Assembly: GCF_001194135.2 (NCBI RefSeq)
Contig: NC_069006.1
Span: 4,574,837-4,638,836, forward strand
Direction: 5' to 3'
Length of the DNA stretch: 64,000 bases
From: Octopus bimaculoides
Lineage: Eukaryota
A program made the translations under genes and the position numbers. This document shows, piece after piece, positions 52,172-64,000 of this stretch; position 1 is the first letter of the stretch, and each line of letters starts with the position of its first letter. The notes below the pieces were generated by a model, which was not told where the DNA came from, made no database searches, and saw nothing but the letters and a program-made list of their open reading frames with translations.

Positions 52172-52357
52172 TGCACTCATATATGGTTGTGTGAATATGA
52201 GGTTTGCTGAAACTATGCTGATTCTAGGCTCCGGAAAATCCTCTTATCACCAGGGCTGATGAGGGATTTCCATGCTTATTTGTCCTTTGTCCTTTTCCAT
52301 TAATTGTTTCCATGATCTATTTTGATTTTCTCCCCACCCCATTCTCTTTCTCTCCTA

Positions 52358-52389
<32 letters not shown>

Positions 52390-52554
52390 TACAGTTCTAT
52401 ATTTAAAAGATGAGGAATTATGTTAATTATTTACATTATTTACATTTGACAGATATTTGTCCTCATCTTGTTTGTTGTTAACACAACATTTCTGCTGATA
52501 TCCCCTCCAACCTTTGTCAGGGGTCCTCATTCCTAAGGTATATCTACTCCAATT

Positions 52555-52940
52555 ATGAAGAAAAGAGAGGATGAAACTAATAAACTGTCTACACTCTGTC
52601 TACCCTATGTGAAAGGCCTCTCCATAAAGATACAAAAGATATGCAGACCATATGACATCAGGACATTATTCAAGAGTAATACAACACTTCGCAAATATCT
52701 CCTTCGAGTAAAACCACCAATAGAAGAGAATATGACCAAAGACTGCGTGTACTCTATCCCATGCAGCTGTGGTAGGTTATACAAAGTGAAACATGCTCCC
52801 CCCCCTCAAAATAAGGGTAGACGAACATCGCAAAGCTGTGACACGAGGAGATAGTGATAAATCGGGTATAGCTGATCATGTATGGGAAAATGAAGACCAC
52901 CTCCCCCTGTGGGATGAAGTTAAAATAATAGACAGAGAAT
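52555..52940 (+). pseudogene. Penelope-like element thumb/GIY-YIG endonuclease relic
   Basis: LCLPYVKGLS...DCVYSIPCSCGRLY(K), then after a frameshift PLKIRVDEHRK...SGIADHVWENEDHLPLWDEVKIIDRE. Confidence 0.88.
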
Positions 52941-52965
52941 GTTGTGTGTGTGTGTGTGTGTGTAT

Positions 52966-53144
52966 GTTGGCACTCCGTTGCTTACGACGTCGAGGTTTCC
53001 AGTTGATCTGATCAACGGAACAGCCTGCTCATGAAATTAATGTGCAAGTGGCTGAGCACTCCACAGACACGTGTACCCTTAACATAGTTCTCGGGGATAT
53101 TCAGCGTGACACAGTGTGACAAGGCTGACCCTTTGAATTACAGG
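52966..53144 (-). mobile_element. tRNA-Arg-like SINE, 3' part
   Basis: Matches the 3' half of the other copies; truncates the Penelope relic; gap follows. Confidence 0.8.
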
Positions 53145-53388
53145 NNNNNNNNNNNNNNNNNNNNNNNNNNNNNNNNNNNNNNNNNNNNNNNNNNNNNNNN
53201 NNNNNNNNNNNNNNNNNNNNNNNNNNNNNNNNNNNNNNNNNNNNNNNNNNNNNNNNNNNNNNNNNNNNNNNNNNNNNNNNNNNNNNNNNNNNNNNNNNNN
53301 NNNNNNNNNNNNNNNNNNNNNNNNNNNNNNNNNNNNNNNNNNNNNNNNNNNNNNNNNNNNNNNNNNNNNNNNNNNNCAGAAACCAAAA

Positions 53389-53431
<43 letters not shown>

Positions 53432-53918
53432 AGGAGGAGGAGGAGGAGGAGGAGGAGGATAGTGATGATTTCTCAGTAGCTGAAAGTAAACAACAATTAC
53501 AAAGATAAGACGAGGCAGTTTGATTTATTTATTGCTGACAGGATTAGAATTTGTTTGTTGATTTATTCAGGAGAAGGTATTTCCTTTGCTTCGAGAACAG
53601 TCAGACAGGCAGTCAGAGAGAGCATGTACTTAGTAACCAGCAGTCTTGTTTGCACTTGGCTTAATCAGATTGAACTTTGGACGATAGATAAAGGGGTAGA
53701 TGTTACTGTGGGGTTTAAAAGGCTTACTTGAGAACCATGTGGTCTCAAGTGCCATCCCGCTGCGTCACACCTTTGGGAAGTGTCTTTGACTACATAGACA
53801 GGGGTTGACCAATGCCTTGTGAGTGGATTTGGTAAATGGAAACTGTATGGAAGCCTGTCACATATGGGTATGTGTGTGTGTGTGTGTGTGTGTTATGGTA
53901 TCACAGTATTGTCCTGTT

Positions 53919-54300
53919 GAGGCGCAATGGCCCAGTAGTTAGGGCAGCAGACACTCGGTCATAGGATCGCGGGTTCGATTCCCAGACCGGGTGTTGTGAG
54001 TGTTTATTGAGCGAAAACACCTAAAGTTCCACGAGGCTCTGGCAGGGGATGGTGGCGAACCCTGCTGTACTCTTCCACCACAACTTTCTCTCACTCTTAC
54101 TTCCTGTTTCTGTTGTACCTGTAATTCAAAAGGTCAGCCTTGTCACACTGTGTCACGCTGAATCTCCCCAAGAACTATGTTAAGGGTACACGTGTCTGTG
54201 GAGTGCTCAGCCACTTGCACGTTAATTTCACGAGCAAGCTGTTCCATTGATCGGATCGACTGGAGCCCTCGACGTCGTAAGCGACGGAGTGCCAACAACA
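53919..54300 (+). mobile_element. tRNA-Arg-like SINE, full length
   Basis: Head to (CAA)n tail. Confidence 0.85.
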
Positions 54301-55324
54301 AGTATTGACCAGACAGACTATCAGATGTTGTTATATATCACTGGTCACAGTGCGCTTTACATTGCGTTAACTTGTGAATGATGTCACTCTGCTGGCTAGG
54401 TGGGTAGGGCCAACATTGCCCCCTGATCGGAAGATTAGTCCATCACAGGGAGACCCATTGACTGCTGAGTGGATTGGGACAACATGAGATGAAGTGTTTT
54501 GTTCAAGAACACTATGTGAAAACTTGTCCAGGAATTGAACCCTTGATCTAGCATTTGTAAGTGCAACACCCTAACCACTAGACCATGCATATATGTGTGT
54601 ATATATGTATGTATATATATGTGTGTGTGTGTGTACCCTTGTTCCAACATCACATGATGGTTGTAAATGAGCATCAATGTCATACAAGCGAGGTTGTTTG
54701 TTTCCAGTCTTCCGTGAAAAAAATGTCTGGCTATGGGGAAATATTACCTTACTTGGAAACAGACGAGGGTTGGCAACAGGAAGGGCACCCAGCCATAAAA
54801 AGCCTGCCTCAAAACAAATTCCATCTGACCCACGCAACCATCGAAATTTGGAGGACAATGTAGATAATGATATGAAAATGAGATGCTGATATGAGATAAT
54901 GATATGATAATGAGATGATGGAGAGACTATGAATGTTGGTTGGCATTCGTAAGAGTCACAGTATCTTTCCAGGCCCACCACTAACTTCCACAGTATTTTA
55001 GTATTTACTCTTTTGTCTACCAAAATATGTAGTGGTGGGCACCATTGTAAAGCTGTTTCAGATGACATGTAGATTCATTCACCTTATTTTGATATTATTG
55101 TTTATCTTTTATTTGTGTCAGTCATTGGATTGCGACCATGCTGGGGCAATGCCTTGAAGGATTTTAGTTGACCAAATCATTTCCAGTATTTATTTTTTTT
55201 AAAGTTTGGCACTTAGTCTTCTGGTCAATCTTGCCAAACTGCTAAGTCACTGGGGACATAAACACAAAAACATACATACACATGTATATACATTCATATA
55301 GAAACGTGTGTGTATGTATATGTT

Positions 55325-55362
<38 letters not shown>

Positions 55363-55835
55363 AATAGTAATTTCTGTCTGTATGTCTCTCAGTTACTATC
55401 TTAGTGCTTAAACCAGCAAACCAATATCCACAAAACTTTACATACATATTACACTAACATCCAGTTCAATAACAGGTTAATTGGTTTTCAATAAAAATTT
55501 ATAATGTGCCCCCCGGAGGTGTTGGGCGAATTATATGATAAAATGAGGAGGTTGCAAAAAGTATTAGTCTGAGTGAAAGGTAGTAACAGAGAGAGAGAGT
55601 GACTTATATGAATGGCGGTGAGAACAGTGGTGGCAATGGGGTGAGAACATTAATACAGGTGTCATATACATGCAACGCTGCATACATACTTTCGTAAATA
55701 CATAGATACAACACACACACACACACACAAACACAGAAAGGTGGGTGTGAGGAATATGTAGCTTCAAGGAGGGGGTTGGTGGCTTTTCTGCTGTCCATTG
55801 CAAAGAAACACTCACGCAGACACACACACTCATAC

Positions 55836-55885
<50 letters not shown>

Positions 55886-55986
55886 CATTATTAATCATAG
55901 GGCAGCAAAAGAAACTTTAGAAATTTATTTTACCACCAGTGGTCCAGCGAGAATAGAAAAATTAGTCAATAGACTACATATATATT

Positions 55987-56107
55987 ATTCATTTAAAATA
56001 TAGAGATGCCTATAATAGGACATCTAACCCGCTAGAATAGAGTTTTTTGCTGCTCTTTCTAGCGGGTTAGATGTCCTATTATAGGCATCTCTATATTTTA
56101 AATGAAT
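55987..56107. repeat. Perfect 51-bp inverted repeat with 19-nt spacer
   Basis: 55987-56037 is the exact reverse complement of 56057-56107. Confidence 0.9.
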
Positions 56108-56139
<32 letters not shown>

Positions 56140-57118
56140 CATATGCTCATACATACAAGCATATGTCTACTATACACCATTTTAAACTCGTGATTACCTG
56201 TGTGTATGTTTATAAATATGTGTGTGTGTGTGTTTCAGTGGTGTTTGTGTGTGTGTGTGAGACATCCTATAACTGTCTGTCTCCCTACTTTAGTAGCGTT
56301 TTCCCTATTGCTGTCACATATTGTGAGATTATAAAATTACATCAAAATCTCCAAATTTGGTATTGTGAAATAATTTGCCATCTTAAATCCAATTTTGTTA
56401 TTTATTTGTTCAAGAAAAACTGCAGGAAAATTCTTACTGAGGTTTAAAGTTTAATCAATTTTTCCAAATCAGAAAACAGGATTTGGAAGCTGGCATTTTC
56501 TGCATGATAGATGTCTATCACGAAATGAATGCAAAATTATTAAGAGGCGGGATTTTTATTAAACAAGCGAAAGTAAAGCATTACGATAGCCAAAGTTGTA
56601 AGAACTTCTGAAGTTTTAATGAATAAAGTCATGTGAAATGGTCAAACAGACATGTAAATAATTTAAAAAGGAAAAAAAATACTCAATGAATTTTTTTGGC
56701 AAAAAATTGCACAAATCCATCCTAATCAAGAGGCCTATCTGTTGGAGAAGGCATGCTCTGACATGAAATATATGAAAATTTATATAAGACATTCTATTGT
56801 AAAAATTGCCTAGCAATGATGGGCTATTTAGCTAGTATATATATATACTTTTGGAGGTGTCTTCAGCTCTGGTGTTGAGTGCGTTCTTACTTTTTTCTCT
56901 GGCATGTTGTTCTTTGGTTTCTTTGATGCTGCTTTGATGAATGTCAGTGGGCAAATGGCCACCCTGGCAAATTTTGCTTTCAGTAATACTCACTGGTAGG
57001 CTCCAGCAGCCAATGCCAGCTAACTGTCACATGACAATCTAGGCTTCAACTGACCAATGACGGGGGGAAGGGCACATAGTTTTGGCCTGCGCCCACTCTT
57101 GACCTACCTTCCAATTTA

Positions 57119-57602
57119 CAATAGGGCAATTTTGGCTGAGTCAAAGAGAAATTCTGGGGGATTGGTATTTGAACAGATAATGTGGAAGGAGGAGGTGGGG
57201 GAAGCATTTGTGGTCAAGGGGCAGAAAAAATGCTTGAAGTGATGGCATGGTAGTAAATATTTCCTTACTATTTATACCATTTAATTTCTCTTTTCCACCT
57301 GCCTCCACCCCCTTCCCCACTCTACCTTTGTATATTTACAAGTACTTATGCCTACCTACACCTCTATTATTTCATACAGTACACATTCTTGCTCTGCATG
57401 ACAACATACATTCCTTAATTCTCAGATTGTAGTATCCTTCCTCATTTCCTTCAGACTTTCAATATTTACTACTACACCATTACTTCAAGCATTGTTTCTC
57501 CCCCTTGACCACAAACACTTCCCCACCTCTTCCATCCACATTATCCTTTCAAATACCAATCCCACAGTATTTCTCATTGACTCAGCCAAAATGGCCCTAT
57601 TG
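57119..57602. repeat. Diverged ~143-bp inverted repeat with ~200-bp spacer
   Basis: 57119-57261 versus 57461-57602, visibly similar with scattered mismatches and indels. Confidence 0.75.
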
Positions 57603-57984
57603 AAATGACATTGCTTAAATTCCTTACAACACTACAACTCCCTTATGTTCCTTTATTCTCCATTTTTCTACATTCCTTTCTTTCTTAAACTCCTTATTTT
57701 CTCTTCACTTTACATTCTCCATTCTAACCCTACTCTCTACACATTCTGATTGATTTGTCTGTGTGTCGACATGCACCACCTTACAATAATGTAAACTTTA
57801 TATAATCAAGGTGCCTTTGGCCTGAAGAATAAATAGCCTGTCATATACACCTTGCTTGCATATTTACTACACTACTTCCGAGGTTCCGCTTGCTATGAAA
57901 CATATGTAACCCAAATATTATCTACTTGATTCCTTAACTTTTGTATTTTATTCGCATACCTTACTATTTATACCATTTATAGGT

Positions 57985-58144
57985 GCATGAGTGGCTGTGT
58001 GGTAAGTAGCTTGCTTACCAACCATATGGTTCCAGGTTCAGTCCCACTGTGTGACACCTTGGGCAAGTGTCTTCTACTATAGCTTCAGGCCAACCAAAGC
58101 CATGTGAGTGGATTTGGTAGACGGAAACTGAAAGAAGCCTGTCG

Positions 58145-58177
<33 letters not shown>

Positions 58178-58393
58178 GTGTGTATATGTTTGTGTATCTG
58201 TGTTTGTCCCCACCAACATCGCTTGACAACCAATGCTCGTGTGTTTACGTCCCCGTAACTTAGCAGTTCGGCAAAAGAGACCGATAGAATAAGTACTAGG
58301 CTTACAAAGAATAAGCCCTGGGGTCGATTTGTTCGACTAAAGGTGGTGCTCCGGCATGGCCGCAGTCAAATGACTGAAACAAGTAAAAGAGTA
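57985..58393 (+). mobile_element. SINE family B, full length
   Basis: Close match to 7808-8200. Confidence 0.85.
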
Positions 58394-58625
58394 TACTTGG
58401 CAACCCTGCCTGCCTACCGTGAAATATAAACATTTTTTCAGTTTACCATACTTTAACACTTTGACCACATCATCTGCTATCTACAGTACATGGGTAACTG
58501 TCCCAACCTGCATCGTGTACCACTATTGGTATACAGTATAAATTTTTAAAAATCTTAAAAACTGATATTTTAATGAACTCAGTTGTTATTATACATTTAT
58601 TTATGTTTTAGAAATGAAGGAGAAA

Positions 58626-59075
58626 AGGTGGTGAGCTGGCAGAAATGTTAGCACGCCGGGCGAAATGCTTAGCGGTATTTCATCTGCCGCTACGTTCTGA
58701 GTTCAAATTCTGCCGAGGTCAACTTTGCCTTTCATCCTTTCAGGGTCGATAAATTAAGTACCAGTTACGCACTGCAGTCGATCTAATCGGCTTAATCCCT
58801 TTGTCTGTCCTTGTTTGTCCCCTCTATGTTTAGCCCCTTGTGGGCAATAAAGAAATAAGAAACGTTAGCACGCTGGACGAAATGCTTAGCGGTATTTCGT
58901 CTGTCTTTACGTTCTGAGTTCAAATTCTGAGGTCGACTTTGCCTTTCATCCTTTCAGGGGTCGATTAATTAAGTACCAGTTGTGCACTGGGGTCGATGAA
59001 ATTGACTTAATCCCTTTGTCTGTCCTTGTTTGTCCCCCTCTATGTTTAGCCCCCTGTGGGCAATAAAGAAATGAG
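58626..59075 (+). mobile_element. Head-to-tail dimer of SINE family A
   Basis: Second unit begins gaaacgttagcacg directly after the first unit's aataaagaaataa tail. Confidence 0.8.
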
Positions 59076-59729
59076 AAATGAAGGAGAATAACTAGATTTT
59101 GCAAATTTATAACATATATTCCTGTTTCGTTATCAAAACTTATCAATGATAATAAAGGAAAATAAGTAATAAGAAAAAGCAACTGAACAAGATGCTGGTG
59201 AGGCTTAATGGCTAAACTCAGAGATGCGTTTAAAGTGTTAATAGGAAAAAATCCACAACCTTTCACCTTAATAAACCACTGTTGTTCCCGAAAGTTGTTT
59301 CTTACATTTTTTATGGTTTTCTNNNNNNNNNNTGTGTGTATGTCATTTAAGAGTCCATAAGTCTGGGGAAAAAATGTATATCTGTCAACAGAGTGGGTAT
59401 ATTATCCGAAGTGTATAATTCTGTACACAATCAAGAGGTATTTTTAAAAAAAAAAATTTTCTTGGGCCCTGAGATTCATAAGACCAGGTACTCCATTTCC
59501 ATGGTAGACAAGTAACTGAGATCTCAATATTCTTCTTGAATGGGATGCCAGTCCATTGCAGGCTTCAAGGCCAGCAATTGTGAGGGAATTTGGTTGACAG
59601 AAACTGAAAGGAAAACTGTCGTGTGTGTGTGTGTCATTTTTTAAAAATAAATATTTGAAGAAAATTTAATGAAAGTATTTTACAAAATTAAAGATCAATA
59701 AAGATTCAGTCATATTATATTGATATAGC

Positions 59730-60000
59730 TGAAATATTTGATTGGTAAAATACTGTTCAATATTGACACCCATAAGATTCTCCACCAGCTTTCCAACAAC
59801 AACTTTGGGCACTTCTTTGAATTCCATCCAACACTCATGGACATGTTTAAAAAATCAAAACAACAGCATAGAACCCATGACTTTTGGAAACATTTTTTCA
59901 CGCTCAGAATTACTGAAGCATGAAATAAGCTATCTGCATCAGATATTAGCTGTTTGGACACTACATCCTTCAAAACTTCCATGCTTCCTGAAAGCTGCTG
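59730..60000 (+). pseudogene. CR1/L2-like LINE ORF2 3' end
   Basis: HDFWKHFFTLRITEA*NKLSASDISCLDTTSFK matches the (R..FF..RV...WN.LP..V......FK) C-terminal motif. Confidence 0.65.
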
Positions 60001-61959
60001 ATAGTATATTCAATGCTCCCCACCCCCATTTCTTCTCCCTTTTTTGTTGTTTTTTAAAGATTCATTCACCGTTTACTTCCTGTGCATTATTCTATGTCCT
60101 GTTCAATGCAGTTTGGGTTTTTCTAAGGAGTTGTGCTGCACCTGAGCACTGTATACAATCAGTTCCTTATAACATAGCATCGATATTTGGCTGAAATTAG
60201 TGAATTTTGGCCTTAAATTATCTATGCTCTTTCAGATTGGATTCACTAATAATTCAGCATCCTTAATACTCAAAATAGTTTCAGGTATTTATTGATCCCT
60301 TGGAAAGCTATTAGGATCTTCAAGGGCCAACATCGACCACTTTGCCAACCCTTGATGTAGGATGACCTGATAAAGTCACCAGTAAAGTTGCAAGGGACGT
60401 AACTGTGGTGGTACCTCTTATTAGTGATTAGAAAGGCTGAAAAAGTTAACAGGGAACCCTAATTTGGTGTGTATGTGTTTGTAGGGATTGAAAAAGGGTT
60501 GAGGTAATATCATCATTATCTTTTGCAGAACTGTTAAAGCATATCTTAAGGCAAAACAATTTCAGCTTCACTTATCTGACATGAAGTTGGACAATGAAGT
60601 CATTATAGAAATATATTCTTTCCTGTTATATAACATTGAAAATTTATCATAGGAATGGCTGTGTGGTTAAGAAGCCCATTTTGCAACTAGATGGTTTCAG
60701 GTTCAGTCCCACTGGGCAACACCATGAGCCAACGTCTTCTACTATCGCTCCAGGGTGACCAATGCTTTGCGAGTGGATTTTAGACAGCAACTGAAAGAAG
60801 ACCGTTGTGTGTGTATCTGTCTATCTATGTGTACATCTATCTATGTGTATGTATGTATGTATATATCAGGCACATGCCATCAGCAATTACTCAGGGTAGG
60901 CAGTTGGTGATGTTTATGTAGTAAAACTCACATAAATAAGCAAAGCACAGGCACACGACCGAGTTGAAGGCAGATTTACTTCTGCCTTTAAAGGATGTAA
61001 AGAAAACATTGTTGTAGGAATGTGCGCAGCATGTGTACTACAGCAGAACTATGCGTAGCTTAGATACTGAGATTGAAAGACAGGGACGAATTATGCCTAC
61101 CTAATCAACAAAAAAAAAAAGAATATTTTGCATTTTCTGCATAGTAATCAGAGTAACCTTCGTAATTTTATTGAATTAGGTACATATTTTGCCATAAAAG
61201 GAAAATATTGCTATCGATCTATTTTATTCAAGGTAGGCACGTCCCTGATATATATATAGTCTCTGTATAAAACCCCCAAATGTTGAACTCAAGATTTACC
61301 CATTGGGTGAAATACCATATAATTGTTTCCCAACACCAATTTCCTGTTCCTTATCATTCATTGTGATAAGCAAGAACCTAGATTATACGACAGCACTTGT
61401 CAGGTATCTACCTGGCTTTCATATCCATATCTATTCACACACTATATATATCATCATCATCATCGTTTAACGTCCGCTTTCCATGCTAGCATGGGTTGGA
61501 CGATTTGAATGAGGACTGGTGAAACCAGATGGCTACACCAGGCTCCAATCTAAATTCAGCAGAGTTTCTACAGCTGGATGCCCTTCCTAACGCCAAGAAT
61601 ATATATATATATATATAATGGCTTAGTGGTTAGGGTGTTGCACTCATGATTGCAAGATCGTGGGTTCATTTCCCAAACCAGGTGTTGTGTTCTTGAGCAA
61701 AGTACTTCATTTCATGTTCTGTGATCATTTCAACATCTGTCATGTGGCACCCAGTTGCACCTGTACAGGTAATGTCGATTTGATGAAGGGAGTGAGCTTA
61801 TGTGTACACAAACATTTTATTACTAAAAACAAATCGTCTGTGTGGTTGTTCGCTAAGAAATTGTCGAACCCTCACACGTCATCTAATGACAGGAGAGTCC
61901 ATTATTATATACATACATACATACATACACACATATTTTGTTTTCTTGCAGAATACTTC

Positions 61960-62255
61960 GTGACCCTGTCAGTGTAGGTGCCACTTAAAAAGCTTCCACT
62001 CCACACTGTAAAGTGGTTGGCATTTGGAAGGGCATCCAGCTGTAAAAACCTTGCCAAAACTGACCTTACCTGTGCGACATAAAAAGCACTAAGTCCACTC
62101 TGTTGGGTGGTTGGTGTCAAGAAGAGCATCCAGCTGTAAAAATCCTGCCAAAACAGACACAGAAGTTTGGTGCAGGCTTCTACCTGGCCAGCTCTTGTCA
62201 AACCATCCCATGCATGCCAGCATGGAAGGCAGTTGTTAAATGATGATGATGATGA
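61960..62255 (+). mobile_element. SINE family C
   Basis: Conserved body and GAT tail. Confidence 0.75.
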
Positions 62256-62517
62256 TATATATATTTATATATATATATATAAACATGTGTGTGTGTATAT
62301 ATGTGTATATATATATGAATATATATATATATATATATAAATGTGTATTTTTTCGATGCAAACAAATAACACGGAAAAAATAAATAGTTACCAGGGTAGC
62401 AAAAATTCACATAAGTGCCAAAGATATTACAGCCTACTTATAAAGGTAGAAATTCCAGGGTTTAGTGAAATCTTTTTGTATAATTTTTTTTAATGTATGT
62501 ATATATATATATATAAC

Positions 62518-62550
<33 letters not shown>

Positions 62551-62557
<7 letters not shown>

Positions 62558-62859
62558 TACTTGTAAAATATAACATGTCTTGAATGGTGCAACAATGCAG
62601 AGTGGACTATAATAACTGTTATAATTTAATTATCCATAGTCTGATATGATAATAATATTTCGGAATACAAAAATTCCTGCTTCAGATATCACTAGGAATT
62701 GATCGAGTCAATTCCTAACAATATCTGAAGAAGGAAATTTTATATTCCAAAATATTATTATTATATCAGACTATAGATAATTAAATTATAACAGTTATTA
62801 TAGACCACTCTGCATTGTTGTGCCATTCAAGACATGTTATATTTTACAAGTAATACACA
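62551..62859. mobile_element. 309-bp foldback element carrying two inverted hammerhead-like motifs
   Basis: Near-perfect palindrome centred on TAGGAATTGA-TCGAG-TCAATTCCTA; motifs at 62642-62691 (-) and 62719-62768 (+). Confidence 0.75.
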
Positions 62860-62877
62860 ATGCTTCAAGTGAACTAC

Positions 62878-62915
<38 letters not shown>

Positions 62916-63220
62916 NNNNNNNNNNNNNNNNNNNNNNNNNNNNNNNNNNNNNNNNNNNNNNNNNNNNNNNNNNNNNNNNNNNNNNNNNNNNNNNNNNNNN
63001 NNNNNNNNNNNNNNNNNNNNNNNNNNNNNNNNNNNNNNNNNNNNNNNNNNNNNNNNNNNNNNNNNNNNNNNNNNNNNNNNNNNNNNNNNNNNNNNNNNNN
63101 NNNNNNNNNNNNNNNNNNNNNNNNNNNNNNNNNNNNNNNNNNNNNNNNNNNNNNNNNNNNNNNNNNNNNNNNNNNNNNNNNNNNNNNNNNNNNNNNNNNN
63201 NNNNNNNNNNNNNNNNNNNN

Positions 63221-63252
<32 letters not shown>

Positions 63253-63962
63253 TGAACGTTGTAGTTCGCTTGAAGCATTGTATTACAAAAGTAAAAAATG
63301 AATGAAAAGCCAAATAAAGAAAGCTTCTAAGAAGGAAGTTTAAAGGTTTTTAAAAAAAACTTTCTGCATTGTTAAAAGGTTTCCTTATTTCTCATTTCAT
63401 TTATTGTTATACGTGTTTACACACAAACACACACACAAATAGTACTGAACGAAGGAAATGAGTGCTTGACCCTGCATTTTGTGGATAAATATTCTATGTT
63501 TGTGAATTAATAGTGCTAGTAATGGTTTCATGAGTTAAAAAAGTAAATCTTCAATTGCTCCTCTTTTGGTTGTTGGTCAGCATTACTTGAGCTTATTGGT
63601 AGCACTGTTTATCTACAAAGTATATTTATATATATATTAATTTTTCCTGTCTTGTTTTTGTTTGCTACCTTCGAACCCTCCGCTTAGCAAGTTAATCCAC
63701 TTCGCGGGAAGAGCGCGTTCTGCCTCATCTTCGAAACGCCTAGTTTAGAATAGAGGCAGCTGATGGAGGAAAAGTTCCATAAGTGGCTCGTCTGTTTTCC
63801 TATGTGTTCATTCTGTTGTCCGTAAAAAAAGTCTGTTTTAGTGCTTTGTTCCCGTTCCTTTTTTGACATCCTGTACCCGGATATGCATATATATATATAT
63901 ACATGTAGATGTAGGTATGTACATATATGTATATATACATGCATATGCTCATATATCATTTG

Positions 63963-64000
<38 letters not shown>

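Noticed and set aside
52225-52275. CTGATGA in a hairpin
   Set aside because: No downstream GAAA, stem III or NUH in register.
57885-57915. GAAACATATGTA, resembling a hammerhead 3' half
   Set aside because: No CTGANGA core upstream.
60100-60480. Possible second LINE fragment on the minus strand
   Set aside because: Only weak motif resemblance; not supportable.
63700-63810. CTGATGG-A-GGAA AAG TTCC-ATAA and a GAAGA/TCTTC-GAAAC hairpin
   Set aside because: Two core changes and no clean stem I; at most a decayed terminus.

Overview
AT-rich, microsatellite-dense eukaryotic scaffold with many N gaps. The SINE families and (CA)n/(TA)n/(ATT)n load suggest an octopus (coleoid cephalopod) genome; this is an inference. 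One host protein-coding gene is supported: a + strand ARF-family small GTPase with three visible exons (2429-2506, 12260-12497, 16885-17234). Its first exon is not seen, one internal exon is missing (probably in a gap), and it has an unusual ~92-aa C-terminal tail. Nearly everything else is transposon-derived: four SINE families, TTAA (piggyBac-like), hAT-like, pogo-like and Merlin-like MITEs, Tc1/mariner relics, two R4/Dong-like LINE ends inside (TAA)n, other LINE relics, a Penelope GIY-YIG relic, and a 1.9-kb non-autonomous Helitron with intact termini and STPR-like repeats. The most interesting non-obvious signal is a set of minimal type I hammerhead-ribozyme folds in at least four unrelated repeat families (27842, 44259, 46618, 47001, 62642/62719), several embedded in long perfect inverted repeats. 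ORFs in the supplied track that run through gaps or microsatellites are artefacts.
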